This document shows, piece by piece, positions 8,877 through 19,669 of a stretch of 64,000 nt of DNA. Position 1 is the first letter of the stretch; each line of letters opens with the position of its first letter. This DNA is from a virus. Location: positions 120,543 to 184,542 of the IMG/VR virus record IMGVR_UViG_3300011113_000747, one strand, 5' to 3'. The position numbers and the translations under genes are program-made. Under the pieces are notes generated by a model, which did no database searches, was not told where the DNA came from, and worked only from the letters and a program-made list of their open reading frames with translations.

Positions 8877-11133
8877 TATTACTGTTGAAATTTTTACAAA
8901 AGACTACAAGAACACAGTAGGTGTTCTTTCTGGTTATACATTGCCTATTACCCCATTTTATTTTGAGGCTAATTACCAAGTAGCTGTTATACCAGGTCAA
9001 GGTGGGTTTAGTTATATTACAACTGAAGAAACACCAACTGAGTATATAATTACAGAAACATTAGATACGTTAATAACAGAAATTGTTAATGCTGGTATTG
9101 TTTCAAATAAAAGAGTTGTGTGGGATTTTGGTGATGGTACATACTCAGCTGAATTAACTGGAATACATTATTACAAAAATCCAGGTGTATATACAGTTAA
9201 CTCCTATTTCTTTGACGCGACAGGTGGTGTGTATAAAAACACAACAACACCAACAATTACCTGTTTCAATTTTATACAAGATACTTTCAATGTCGACATT
9301 TCTAGCAGCTATATTTCATCATCTAAATATACACTTTCAGCAGCTAAAATTACCAATCCATTTTCTATAACATCACAGAGTTCTTGGCAAGATGTTATTT
9401 CAAGTAATAATTATGCTACGACATTTGGTCTTAATCTCTTAAGTGGTACAACAAACTATTTTACTCAGAAATTAGATACAAATAAATACGGACATCTCTA
9501 CCCTTATTCATCTTTTTATGATATTGATGATGATGGATTATATTATCAAATACAGGATATTACAATTGAAAGAACACCTATATATTGTGCTCTTTCTGGA
9601 GATTTGTTGTACATAACCACTAGCGAAAACCCAGTAAGTATTTTTTGTGGTGTAAGTGGTGTTAAAAATGTTTATGTTAAAGATGATAAACCTGGTGATA
9701 GACAAATAGTTGTTTATAGTAAAAATATTACGGAAAATAACACCCCTCCAATCATATTTAACGCTCAATTTTTACCAGCTACTGTAGCTGAATTAGCTTT
9801 TTCAAGTAATGGTATTACAGGTGAAGGTGCACCGAATACAGCATTTGATATTGATAGTATAAAATATGTTGGACAAAAAATTAACTTTGTTGTAACACTT
9901 AAAGACCCTGACTATTTTACAGTTAAAAATTTCTCTAACTTATACATGGGTAGTCTCACCGGACTACCAGGTATTAATATATTACCCACAAGAAGTGATG
10001 GTGTTATAGATACAACACTTGGTACCATTTCAAGTAATTTTACCTACCTATCATCTATAACAGGTGGTTATTTTAGAGGTATTTTTGTGCCAGCAGTTAC
10101 AGCTGAAAACATATATCTTCAAGCAATAACAGTTTCAACATCTGGTCAATATTTAGCGTTAGATGATACAATTACATTTTTAACGTTAGATTACCCACTC
10201 ACATTACTCACATTAGATGATTATTCAACAACAGATGTTGTATCGGGTAGAAGTAATTCCTTTTCTGTTTACCCTTCTGGTGGTAAATATAATATTGCAA
10301 AAATTAATGAAGATTTTGATTTTGGTGGTACATTTAATAAGCTAAGATATCAAGAATTTTTATTCGATAGCCCTGTATTGTTTAATGAGTTTTTTGGTAC
10401 CGTTTATGGTGGGGCATCTGCAGAGCCAACTGCACCAGGTAAAACCATTTATGAAAAAATAGCTAACTTTACATCTAACCAAGCAGATGTTTACAGAAGT
10501 AACTTACAATCATTACTTTCTATAAATGCAATGTTAGATGGAAAAGCTAACACCTATGAAACTACAAATTTTTCATCACCAAGTAAAATTAAAAGATTGG
10601 TAGATATTTTCAGTATAAACCACTCAAGATTGTGGGGATCTACAAATACATTCAATGAAAACTTTGATAGTTTATTCAATATTGATACATCAATATACGG
10701 TACTAACTTAGGTGATAAATTAGATTTTTATACCACTGTTTTAACATCTGGGTATGACAATTGGATAGTAGCATTAGAAAGATTTAGCAACACATATATA
10801 AAATGCAATACATTTATATCTCTTCTTTCTACCACAACAATTGATGCTGGTCTCTCAACTTATGCATTAAGTTCATATAATGATACATGGGGATGGAACT
10901 TAGTATTAGGTGCAGGCTTAACAGGTGCAGATATTACTAAATATTACGATTTCTACCAATTTATTAATACACCAGAAGGTACACATTACAATAACGTTAT
11001 TAACTTTAGCGATCCATACACTACTATTTCATATTCCAATTCTTCTTATAAAGATTGGTCTAAAAATGGAGGTATTATAGATGAAATGCTAATGCATACT
11101 CTATATACTGGTACTAATGTACTATCCTCATAA
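8869..11133 (+). CDS. Baseplate/tail structural protein with a PKD domain
   Basis: PKD signature WDFGDGT..HYYKNPGVYTV; position after gp6. Confidence 0.7.
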   Translation: MNNITVEIFTKDYKNTVGVLSGYTLPITPFYFEANYQVAVIPGQGGFSYITTEETPTEYIITETLDTLITEIVNAGIVSNKRVVWDFGDGTYSAELTGIHYYKNPGVYTVNSYFFDATGGVYKNTTTPTITCFNFIQDTFNVDISSSYISSSKYTLSAAKITNPFSITSQSSWQDVISSNNYATTFGLNLLSGTTNYFTQKLDTNKYGHLYPYSSFYDIDDDGLYYQIQDITIERTPIYCALSGDLLYITTSENPVSIFCGVSGVKNVYVKDDKPGDRQIVVYSKNITENNTPPIIFNAQFLPATVAELAFSSNGITGEGAPNTAFDIDSIKYVGQKINFVVTLKDPDYFTVKNFSNLYMGSLTGLPGINILPTRSDGVIDTTLGTISSNFTYLSSITGGYFRGIFVPAVTAENIYLQAITVSTSGQYLALDDTITFLTLDYPLTLLTLDDYSTTDVVSGRSNSFSVYPSGGKYNIAKINEDFDFGGTFNKLRYQEFLFDSPVLFNEFFGTVYGGASAEPTAPGKTIYEKIANFTSNQADVYRSNLQSLLSINAMLDGKANTYETTNFSSPSKIKRLVDIFSINHSRLWGSTNTFNENFDSLFNIDTSIYGTNLGDKLDFYTTVLTSGYDNWIVALERFSNTYIKCNTFISLLSTTTIDAGLSTYALSSYNDTWGWNLVLGAGLTGADITKYYDFYQFINTPEGTHYNNVINFSDPYTTISYSNSSYKDWSKNGGIIDEMLMHTLYTGTNVLSS

Positions 11134-11159
11134 GTAATTTCCATACTAAATATAGATAG

Positions 11160-13841
11160 ATGGAAAAGCTGTTAACATTCGAATTTGAAGAGGTTCAAAA
11201 CTCTATTGTAACTCCTGATAGTTTATCATATGGAGACTTACTGCAACCTTATTCGTTTTTAGAATTTCTTAAAAATACTAGTAATAACTACACACCTAAA
11301 GTATATAACGAATTTTATATTGAATATCTCAAAAGATGGGGCAATGTAAAAAATGACATTATTATCACAGATCAGCAGATTATTTCATCTCAATACACTG
11401 ATTTACTTAAAGACATTACTCTTAATTATTCAACTTTAGAAGAGCGTAGATTTCTTGCTAACATTGATTTTAGTGATCCTGAAGATCTTGAGATTGCAAT
11501 ACCTTTTTTTGTTCGCAAAATTAAAGATATTACATTACTTTACAAATCTTCGAGAGATCAGCTTACTTTTCAAATTGAAAAAAATAAGAGAAAAGGCACA
11601 CCTAATAGTATTGAAGTAGCTATACGACAGAATATTATTGAGTTTTTGTTTAATAATGAGAGATTTTCTTCACTTAACATACCACTATCTACAGTACAGT
11701 CAGAAATAAAGATTGAAATTGAAGATTTGGTAGATACCTTTCAATCTTACTTTAACCTAAAATCCACACCACCAGATTATGGAGGTACATTAAGACAAGA
11801 GTTTTATAGCGCTAACGTAAATGACGTTGACTATGCTAACTATATTGATCTTGAGGAGTTTTTAAAAACTAATGTATTTAATAATACATTTTTAACAGAA
11901 CTCGGAAAGAGCTTTACTATCAATGTTGATCTTACATATGATGCTGTTTGTGATCCACAAAACCCTATAGGAGATTTCTTAGAAGAACAAACTGTTGGTG
12001 GTGTCACCCCTCAAGATTATAATGCACTAAGAGGTGATTTAGTGAGACGTATTATTGGTGTTGATTATTATTTTATTACAAAAAATAACGACGGTGAAAT
12101 TGCAACAGGTATATTATTTGAAGCTTCCAATCCTGTAGGTAACCTACTTAACGTTGATACAGCATCAACTGCGTCTGTATTATCTGATGAATTAACTTCA
12201 CTTAAAAAAATCGGTCTCTATTTTGCACCTGAGAAACAAAGTATAATTAGACTCAATAAAACCGAAAATAAGTATGAGATTGATACAGATAATTTAGAAG
12301 AGGGTGTAACATATGTATATCCTGATCCTTCATTATATGGTAAGGGTTATGATTCCACATATCCTTTAATATTTTACTATAATAATTCATCAGTTTATAG
12401 AAATTCATCTAACGCGTTTGCTTTTGGTGATCCCAAACTATCACCAAGAGATCAAAACTATTATGCCTATTACTCACGTGAGCAAACATTTGAAACAGAA
12501 AATATAAACGAAAATAACTTCAATAATGCATTTTCACTGTTATATAACAGTGGTTATGTTCAAGATTGGAAACAAGACGTTTATGGTAATGAATATGGTC
12601 TTTTTAAAGATCAATATGGTGAATATTACAAAGGTAGGTATAGCTTTACTGAAATAGTAGATACTGGATCTGTAGTAAAATACTTACCTTTTAACGGTTG
12701 GTTATACAATGACCCTGTTAGTGGTTATTCCTTTAACTACAGTGAAAGTGGTAAATATATAGGTTTTGATGATGTGTACAAATCTGGTATTTCATTATCT
12801 GGGGGTAATTTTACCTCTAATGATGTTGATCAGTATTTGAATTTTAGATCCTTTACACCATACCAAGACATACCTCTTAAGTTCAATCTTTATCCAGAAT
12901 ATGGTTCAGCTGATCTATTAAGGTCTATACCTCTTGAATCATCCAAAACTCAGGTTAGTACTACATCAGGTGTTAGCGCAACAACTACAATAACTAGCAG
13001 GATGCTTAAACCTGGTACAATCTATGTTAAAGATGTTATAACAGGTAATATATCTCCTATATCTAGTGCGTTAACAACAACATTTAGTAAATATCCTTCT
13101 GCAGTTGAAAATGAGGTTTATACATCGTGCATAACATTAGATATGTTTTATGATACTATTATAGTAAGGACACCTTCATATCTAGTTTTTGATAAAATAA
13201 ACTATAATGAAACTGGATTTATAAATCCTAATACATTTAACATTTACTTAACTTCAAATCCATCTAGGTGTGGTAAATTTAGTAACTTGTTTTTTGAATC
13301 AAGTCTCAATTCTGTATTTTTCTTCAATACCACAACACTTGGTACGTTGAGTACTGATAATTACAAAATTATATATCCTGAAATTTACTATTTTGATATC
13401 GATAAACATCGACTTAAGAAAATTTTTCCAGAAGGTGTTTCAACTATTCAAGCTCTTTCTAGTAACTTTAGCTTATTTGGTGTTATAAGTGCAACTAACA
13501 TAGTGGAATTTTCTTGTGAAAAGATTTCATATAATAAATCCAACGATATGTTTGTAATAAACTACATTGGATATGATAGTAATAAATCACCATATCTATT
13601 CGATCATAAATTTAGGTATGATGGTGAAACTATTGAGTTTAAATATTCGAATGTTTATGCCACAGACTCATTTAAACAAACGTCTAATTTCCACACACTA
13701 ACATCAGATACAGAGTTTATAGGTGAGGTTTCAAATACTGGTGTTATTGCATACACCTCATTTTCATATAATTTCGACGTAAGTTCATCACAAATTTTAG
13801 GGCTCACGCTAAATAGAGAAGGGGGATATCTACAGTTTTAA
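11160..13841 (+). CDS. Large structural protein (baseplate module)
   Basis: 893 aa, S/T/N/Y-rich; TAAATA upstream. Confidence 0.6.
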   Translation: MEKLLTFEFEEVQNSIVTPDSLSYGDLLQPYSFLEFLKNTSNNYTPKVYNEFYIEYLKRWGNVKNDIIITDQQIISSQYTDLLKDITLNYSTLEERRFLANIDFSDPEDLEIAIPFFVRKIKDITLLYKSSRDQLTFQIEKNKRKGTPNSIEVAIRQNIIEFLFNNERFSSLNIPLSTVQSEIKIEIEDLVDTFQSYFNLKSTPPDYGGTLRQEFYSANVNDVDYANYIDLEEFLKTNVFNNTFLTELGKSFTINVDLTYDAVCDPQNPIGDFLEEQTVGGVTPQDYNALRGDLVRRIIGVDYYFITKNNDGEIATGILFEASNPVGNLLNVDTASTASVLSDELTSLKKIGLYFAPEKQSIIRLNKTENKYEIDTDNLEEGVTYVYPDPSLYGKGYDSTYPLIFYYNNSSVYRNSSNAFAFGDPKLSPRDQNYYAYYSREQTFETENINENNFNNAFSLLYNSGYVQDWKQDVYGNEYGLFKDQYGEYYKGRYSFTEIVDTGSVVKYLPFNGWLYNDPVSGYSFNYSESGKYIGFDDVYKSGISLSGGNFTSNDVDQYLNFRSFTPYQDIPLKFNLYPEYGSADLLRSIPLESSKTQVSTTSGVSATTTITSRMLKPGTIYVKDVITGNISPISSALTTTFSKYPSAVENEVYTSCITLDMFYDTIIVRTPSYLVFDKINYNETGFINPNTFNIYLTSNPSRCGKFSNLFFESSLNSVFFFNTTTLGTLSTDNYKIIYPEIYYFDIDKHRLKKIFPEGVSTIQALSSNFSLFGVISATNIVEFSCEKISYNKSNDMFVINYIGYDSNKSPYLFDHKFRYDGETIEFKYSNVYATDSFKQTSNFHTLTSDTEFIGEVSNTGVIAYTSFSYNFDVSSSQILGLTLNREGGYLQF

Positions 13842-14377
13842 TGACAACAATTACACAAACAATTTCAACCAACCCATATATTTCCGAAGGTGATTACTTT
13901 ATTTTATACGATGAAATTACCATCAAAGGTGGTACATCTATCAAATTAGATCTACTTAATGTGGATGAATCTATATTTAAGGTAAAATATCTCAATATTG
14001 ATTGGGGAGATGGTACTACAGAAAAACATAGATTTAATATTTTTCTAGATTATTACAATGAGTCTATCATACCAGAAGTTTTATACAATAAACAAGGATC
14101 AGTATGTTTAGAATATACACATAGTTTTAACTCAGATCAATCAGCATATTTTACTCTATATTATATTAGTGTCACTATGCTTTATTTTAACGGTACTGTA
14201 GGTAAAGTCACAATACCAGTAAAAGTTTCAAAACCATCGATGTATGATAGAGTTGGTGAGCTGAAATTAATTAATAATCAAATATTACCTCTTTCATCTT
14301 CAAATACACTTCTCAATATTCAAACCGAAAAAGAGTTTTTTGTGATACCAATGATCACCAACGCAACTAACAATTAA
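13841..14377 (+). CDS. Structural protein with a PKD-like motif
   Basis: IDWGDGT motif; coupled to the previous gene. Confidence 0.55.
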   Translation: MTTITQTISTNPYISEGDYFILYDEITIKGGTSIKLDLLNVDESIFKVKYLNIDWGDGTTEKHRFNIFLDYYNESIIPEVLYNKQGSVCLEYTHSFNSDQSAYFTLYYISVTMLYFNGTVGKVTIPVKVSKPSMYDRVGELKLINNQILPLSSSNTLLNIQTEKEFFVIPMITNATNN

Positions 14378-14385
14378 ATATTAAT

Positions 14386-16014
14386 ATGTCAGATATCAGA
14401 ATTTCAGAATTACCACCACTTAGCGTTTTAGCATCTGTAAATGATGCTGACGTGTACCCTGTTGTAAATAATAACGTTACACAAAAAATTCGTTTTGATA
14501 CACTATACACCAAAATTAGTAGTGTTATTCTTACTGAAGTGGTGTTTAACTCTAAGTTCAATACACTTCAAACTATTGTAAGTGCTAATAGTGGTAATTG
14601 GAATAGTACATATACTACAGTTCAAGGTAATTCTTCAACATGGGGTGCCACAACAGTTAATATTTTAACTGCATTATCACTCTTTAGAGAAATTTCTAGT
14701 TCTTCATCTCCTAATACCTCAAATTGGCCAGCACATGGCCTTTCTGCATTTTCGTTATCTGCATCGAATGTTGATTTTGTAATTAATCCAAAAGGTACAG
14801 GAGCTATTATTGCACAAATACCAACTGGTACATCAGCTGGTGGTGGTAAGCGTGGTGAATACGCTGTTGATTTACAACGTATTCGTAACAATTCATTACA
14901 AGTTGCTTCTGGTAATTATAGTGTTATAGTGGGTGGTGAAAATAATAGAGTTACTAATTTGTATTCATCAGTTGTAGGGGGTAATAGTAACGCAATTTAC
15001 AATACATACTCACATATCGGTGGTGGGTCAGGTAATGAAATTTTCAATTCATATTCAGCTATTGGTGGGGGTTTTGATAATGAAACAACAAATGATTACA
15101 CCACAATAGGTGGTGGGTATAGAAATCAAGCTGTAACAGATTTTGCTACAGTTGCTGGTGGTAGTTTAAATAAAGCCAGTGGTCAGTATTCTTTTGTTGG
15201 TGGTGGTCAATCACTTTCAGCTGCAGGTTCATTTAGTACAGCTGTAGGTGGTCATACCTTATCTGCTAGTGGTGATTATTCTGCTATAGTTGGTGGTTTA
15301 CAAAATAAAGCAAATAGTGACTATTCGTTTATTGGAGGTGGGGTTAGTAATATTGCAAGTGGTGGTTATTCTTCTATATTAGGTGGTCAGTCTAATAATA
15401 CAAACAATAAGGAGAACGCTCATATTATAGGCTCTAATATTACTGCACCTCTTTCAAATTATACATACGTTAATAATATTTCCACAACAGGTAATGTTGC
15501 AAGTAACACAGCTGTAATTACAAGCTTAACATCCACTAATACCAATCTAACTAATTTAACAGCAACTAATTCGATTGTAACAAGCTTAACAGCAACCAAT
15601 ACCAATCTAACTAATTTAACTGCTACAACCACAACAGCAACCACAATTTCTGCAGCAACATATCAAGGTGCTCAGGCTATCAAAGCATGGGTAAATTTTG
15701 ATGGTACTGGTAGTATTGGTAGTAACGCTACAATAAATGCATCTTACAATATAAATTTTGTAAGGAAAGTTAATGTTGGTCTTTATACTGTTGTATTTGC
15801 AAATTCCTCAATTTTTAATAATCAATATTATATTATGTCTGGATCTGGCTCCGGTAATTTATTATTAACACCAGTGCTCAGTGCTGATAGTAGAACATCT
15901 ACACCATCTTTAAAAACTTCACTTAGCTGTATGGTTGCTATTTTAACAGGATCTGCAGTAACTACAAATAGAGCAGACTCTAAAGAAGTAGGCTTAATGT
16001 TTATTGGTAGTTGA
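14386..16014 (+). CDS. Tail fibre/adhesin
   Basis: MSDIRISELP start; 14-aa S-x-I/V-G-G-G-x-x-N beta-helix repeats; C-terminal KAWVNFDG..G.YTV.F tip domain. Confidence 0.85.
   Translation: MSDIRISELPPLSVLASVNDADVYPVVNNNVTQKIRFDTLYTKISSVILTEVVFNSKFNTLQTIVSANSGNWNSTYTTVQGNSSTWGATTVNILTALSLFREISSSSSPNTSNWPAHGLSAFSLSASNVDFVINPKGTGAIIAQIPTGTSAGGGKRGEYAVDLQRIRNNSLQVASGNYSVIVGGENNRVTNLYSSVVGGNSNAIYNTYSHIGGGSGNEIFNSYSAIGGGFDNETTNDYTTIGGGYRNQAVTDFATVAGGSLNKASGQYSFVGGGQSLSAAGSFSTAVGGHTLSASGDYSAIVGGLQNKANSDYSFIGGGVSNIASGGYSSILGGQSNNTNNKENAHIIGSNITAPLSNYTYVNNISTTGNVASNTAVITSLTSTNTNLTNLTATNSIVTSLTATNTNLTNLTATTTTATTISAATYQGAQAIKAWVNFDGTGSIGSNATINASYNINFVRKVNVGLYTVVFANSSIFNNQYYIMSGSGSGNLLLTPVLSADSRTSTPSLKTSLSCMVAILTGSAVTTNRADSKEVGLMFIGS
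15520..15620 (+). repeat. 60-nt tandem duplication (TSLTxTNTNLTNLT)
   Basis: ACAAGCTTAAC..ACCAATCTAACTAATTTAAC at 15520 and 15580. Confidence 0.9.
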
Positions 16015-16043
16015 TTTGCAAAATTTGTCATTACAATTAGATA

Positions 16044-16739
16044 ATGACTGTAAAATTTGACGAAAAAACCCATACATACCGCAATTCGGAGACCGGAGAG
16101 CGTTATACGTCTGCTACACAACTCATTTCAAGATTTAAGAAGCCTTTTGATTCTAACTTTCACGCTGAACGTGTTGCAAAAAGAGAAGGTGTTTCGAAAG
16201 AGCTAGTGCTCGAAATGTGGGAAGCAGAGAAAGAAAAAAGTATTGTAAGGGGTAAGAACTATCATTCTCTCTTAGAGAATTACGTGAGATTTGGTGAGAC
16301 TAAAGAAGACTATACTTGGTTATATAAAGCTTTCGAAAAGCAGAGAGAAACACTCGTAGGTAATTGCAAAGCAGTACATGCTGAAAAGCTTCTATGGAAT
16401 CACGAATATAAGTTAGCAGGTACTTGCGACTTGCTTTATGAGCACGATTCAAGCTTTACCGTTCTTGATTATAAGACAAACAAGCAAATTACAGCATTTT
16501 CCAAATATAATGAATATTTGTTAGAACCTGTTGATTTCCTTTCATATTGTGAATATAATGTTTATGCACTTCAGCTATCCATTTATGCATACATGAATGA
16601 AATTTTAACAGGTAAAAAAACAAGGAACTTGCATATACTATATCTATATAACGACAAATTTATTTCATTTAATGTACCATACATGAAGTGTGAGGTGCAA
16701 GCAATGTTAGAGTATAATAAAGAAAAAAACGATAAATAA
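16044..16739 (+). CDS. PD-(D/E)XK (Cas4/lambda-exonuclease-like) nuclease
   Basis: RGKNYH..E, LAGTCDLL, VLDYKT, YALQLSIY. Confidence 0.85.
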   Translation: MTVKFDEKTHTYRNSETGERYTSATQLISRFKKPFDSNFHAERVAKREGVSKELVLEMWEAEKEKSIVRGKNYHSLLENYVRFGETKEDYTWLYKAFEKQRETLVGNCKAVHAEKLLWNHEYKLAGTCDLLYEHDSSFTVLDYKTNKQITAFSKYNEYLLEPVDFLSYCEYNVYALQLSIYAYMNEILTGKKTRNLHILYLYNDKFISFNVPYMKCEVQAMLEYNKEKNDK

Positions 16740-16748
16740 AAATAAAAG

Positions 16749-17156
16749 ATGAGTAGTAATCAACTTGATAAGTTGCATGAGTTTGATTTTTGGTCTATGA
16801 TTAAAAATCTTAAATGGGGTGATCAAACAACGCAGTGTGTCGCAGCAAAGCGTTATATTATGAAAAATTTTCCACCTTATAAAGTGAGTGCATTCAGACG
16901 AATTGCTGATGCGCATGCAACCAAATTGGTGCATAATTATGAATCTGTGGTAAAATCTATTTTTTCCTTTTCTGAGATTTATAATGGTGCAATGGAAATT
17001 GTTGGGTTTGGCAAGGTTGAGTTTGAGAGGTATATGAATGATCCAATTCTTCTTTCTGGTGTTATCGAATCGCTAGTTGAAAAAGATGAGGATAATAAGT
17101 TCGTTTATGCTCTACCTTTTGAAGATGATTATTTTGATGAAGAAACAATCGTATGA
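16749..17156 (+). CDS. Hypothetical protein (possibly DUF4240-like)
   Basis: N-terminal FWSMI helix; weak similarity by recall only. Confidence 0.35.
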   Translation: MSSNQLDKLHEFDFWSMIKNLKWGDQTTQCVAAKRYIMKNFPPYKVSAFRRIADAHATKLVHNYESVVKSIFSFSEIYNGAMEIVGFGKVEFERYMNDPILLSGVIESLVEKDEDNKFVYALPFEDDYFDEETIV

Positions 17157-17647
17157 TTCAAATTGAACTCAAACCGACTAGAAGAGCTAAGAAGCAATTT
17201 GATTTTGTTGATTTTGAGGTATTAGAGCAGTGTGCTAACATTTTAGTGAATAACTTTCATAAAGTAGAAGCATCAAAAAAGCTAGCTCTTAAATTTGATA
17301 TATCTACTTACCCATCAAAGGAAGAACCCTGGAATCACTATAAGTGGAAGCAAAATGTCATTTGCTTTCATTCGTATGATTCTTATAAACCTGAATATAG
17401 GTTTCGTAGATTCATGGATAGTTTTATTCATGAATTTAGACATTGGGCTCAAGATAAGCTGCTAAAAGTATCGTTCTTCAAAAACTATTCTGCTGATGGT
17501 AAAGAGTATTATAAATGCCCTATTGAGAAAGATACTAGAACATACACAAAACTTGTACTTAATCCTACTCTAAAACTTTACAAAAATCTTTTAGAAGTTA
17601 AACATAAAACTAGCGAGTTCTCGAAATTGAATATAAAGTTCAATTAG
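17153..17647 (+). CDS. HExxH-motif protein (putative zincin)
   Basis: FIHEFRHWAQ. Confidence 0.45.
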   Translation: MIQIELKPTRRAKKQFDFVDFEVLEQCANILVNNFHKVEASKKLALKFDISTYPSKEEPWNHYKWKQNVICFHSYDSYKPEYRFRRFMDSFIHEFRHWAQDKLLKVSFFKNYSADGKEYYKCPIEKDTRTYTKLVLNPTLKLYKNLLEVKHKTSEFSKLNIKFN

Positions 17648-17662
17648 AGACTAAATAGTTTT

Positions 17663-17863
17663 ATGGAACAGTTCATTTTTGATATCATTCAGCCATTTGC
17701 AAGCAACCCTTACTTCCACCTTGTTACTGCTGTTGTAACATTAGCATCAGCAATCTGCGCAGTAACACCAACACCAGCAGAAGGTACTTGGCAGAGTAAA
17801 GTTTATAAGGTAGTAGAGTTTCTTGCTATTAATATCGGCAAAGCAAAAGATAAAGGTAAGTAA
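17663..17863 (+). CDS. Putative holin
   Basis: 66 aa; hydrophobic segment, TPTP hinge, basic C-terminus; TAAATA-N5-ATG; directly before a spanin-like pair. Confidence 0.55.
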   Translation: MEQFIFDIIQPFASNPYFHLVTAVVTLASAICAVTPTPAEGTWQSKVYKVVEFLAINIGKAKDKGK

Positions 17864-18147
17864 TGTCAATTACTAACCTATTTACTTCTGTGTTTAAAGC
17901 TTTAGCTCTTTATTTAGAGCTAAAGAACAGGTCATTCTATAATGATCTCGTCGAGAAACACTATAAAAGAAAGAGGGAACTAATTAATGAAATTGAAGAA
18001 CTCCGTAATATTCCCAATAGTCGCAACACTAATGCTGCTGACGTCTTGTTGCTCGTGCTTGAGCAAGAAAACAAGCGATTTGACGATCTATCAACCTTCT
18101 ATAATAATTTTACAAAAAGAAGCGACGATTCAGACAAAAGAGGGTAA
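17863..18147 (+). CDS. Putative i-spanin (Rz-like)
   Basis: Weakly hydrophobic N-terminus plus coiled coil; overlapped out of frame by a lipoprotein ORF. Confidence 0.45.
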   Translation: MSITNLFTSVFKALALYLELKNRSFYNDLVEKHYKRKRELINEIEELRNIPNSRNTNAADVLLLVLEQENKRFDDLSTFYNNFTKRSDDSDKRG

Positions 18148-18226
18148 ATATACCCCACAGTTTGATGAGGTGTGGCATTCTGATAAACGCTATAGAGAAA
18201 TCGAGCGTAAGTTATTATACAAGTGA
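17987..18226 (+). CDS. Putative o-spanin lipoprotein (Rz1-like)
   Basis: Signal peptide with lipobox LTS-C; overlaps the 3' 161 nt of 17863..18147. Confidence 0.55.
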   Translation: MKLKNSVIFPIVATLMLLTSCCSCLSKKTSDLTIYQPSIIILQKEATIQTKEGKYTPQFDEVWHSDKRYREIERKLLYK

Positions 18227-18613
18227 TTTAGCTAGTATATCAGCTCGTCTTTGAGGTGTTATAATTTGTTCAGCAACTAGTAAATCTAGTCCTTGTTGAA
18301 CTCTTGGATCATCACTCCAAACCTCACCATTCCAAATAGTCAATTCTGCAAAGAAATATTTAACCATGTCATTGGTTGATGCAGCAATTGCTATTTTTTC
18401 TTGCACTGTAAATTCATTCCAGAATTCTACTCTGCTGTTCCAAACTTTGCGTGCTGCAAGAATTTGAACTATTTCATCATATGCAATTTGCAGTTCTTGA
18501 AGAGTGGGTTTATCTCCCGGACCTCTCCAATCTAGTGTATTGTAGTCATTAGCAGTTAATGCCCATTCTGCATTAGGATATTTTATTGAAAGTGTGAGAG
18601 GTATGTTAATCAT
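18215..18613 (-). CDS. Tail-fibre-associated protein (assembly/chaperone-like)
   Basis: YPNAEW..DYNTLDW..KPT pattern; coupled downstream of a fibre gene. Confidence 0.5.
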   Translation of the reverse strand: MINIPLTLSIKYPNAEWALTANDYNTLDWRGPGDKPTLQELQIAYDEIVQILAARKVWNSRVEFWNEFTVQEKIAIAASTNDMVKYFFAELTIWNGEVWSDDPRVQQGLDLLVAEQIITPQRRADILAKSLV

Positions 18614-19668
18614 GGTCTTATTTCTGTAATTGTCATAGATGATCTTTGTGTTCCTCCATAATAAGGGGTGTTTAAGTAGTCATTTAAGTAAACTGTTTGA
18701 GTTGTTCCCGCTGTTCTACCAAATCTAATTCTAAATGTTTGAGTAGATGTTGATCCGGCTGTTAAAAAATATCTTAAACGAACTTGTGCTGAATGACCAG
18801 TATTGATCAATTGTTGAGAAACAATTGCAGATATATTTGCATCACCATCTCTAACTAAACATGCGTTTACACCCATTGCAGCACTAACATAAATGGCTAA
18901 TTGAACTTCTATTAAAAGAGTGGAATTAGCATTGGTTGGTGTAATAGAAAGATCAAGTTGTGGATATGCAGTACCAACACCGCTTAATGGAATACTATCA
19001 TTTAACGCAATAGTAATTGCAGATGATACTTGTGTTGCATCTTGAACACTAACTACTTGAGCTATTCTTGAAAATCCCCATGTACTTGTTCCAGAGTTAG
19101 CTTGAACAGTAGAATATACAGAAAGGTTATTGGCACTTTGAGTACTAAATTGCGTATATGTATCTTGCCAATTACCTGTTAATGCTCTAACACCTGTATC
19201 AATTGTTCCACCTCCACCCCAAGATCCAGAACTAGTTTGAACTGTAGAATAAACATTGTTCCAATTTGCAGATGAGGTATTAACAGTTGAATATACAGCA
19301 GCATTAGCAGCACTTTGAGTATTAAAAGAGCTATAAACACTATCCCAATTCGCAGATTTACTGTTGGTGGTAGAGTACACTGAAGCATTGCTAGCACTTT
19401 GTGTATTAAATGAGCTATAAACACTATCCCAATTCGCAGATTTGCTGTTTGTTATTGTATAAGCAGCGTTCCAGTTTGCAGAAGTAGTATTAACTGACGA
19501 ATATACTGATGAATTATTACCAGATGTGGTATTGACATTAGAATATACACTATTCCATTGATCGCTTGTACCACCGTTTGCATATACAATACCTGTGGTT
19601 GACAATCTGTCAACAAATGTTTTGTTGCTTAAGCTTTGTGTTGTTGATGTTGTTACATGAATTGGCAT
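18610..19668 (-). CDS. Fibre protein with 14-aa S-x-N-W-x-S-V-Y-S repeats
   Basis: About 9 repeats; C-terminal beta domain ITPTNANSTLLIEV..SSMTITEI. Confidence 0.75.
   Translation of the reverse strand: MPIHVTTSTTQSLSNKTFVDRLSTTGIVYANGGTSDQWNSVYSNVNTTSGNNSSVYSSVNTTSANWNAAYTITNSKSANWDSVYSSFNTQSASNASVYSTTNSKSANWDSVYSSFNTQSAANAAVYSTVNTSSANWNNVYSTVQTSSGSWGGGGTIDTGVRALTGNWQDTYTQFSTQSANNLSVYSTVQANSGTSTWGFSRIAQVVSVQDATQVSSAITIALNDSIPLSGVGTAYPQLDLSITPTNANSTLLIEVQLAIYVSAAMGVNACLVRDGDANISAIVSQQLINTGHSAQVRLRYFLTAGSTSTQTFRIRFGRTAGTTQTVYLNDYLNTPYYGGTQRSSMTITEIRP
19309..19443. repeat. 84-nt-period direct repeat inside the fibre gene
   Basis: 51-nt units at 19309 and 19393 with 2 mismatches. Confidence 0.9.
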
Positions 19669-19669
19669 A

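Noticed and set aside
16044-16739. Nuclease as CRISPR Cas4 of an adaptation module
   Set aside because: The four-Cys Fe-S pattern is not evident and there is no cas1/cas2 or array; a stand-alone phage exonuclease is more likely.
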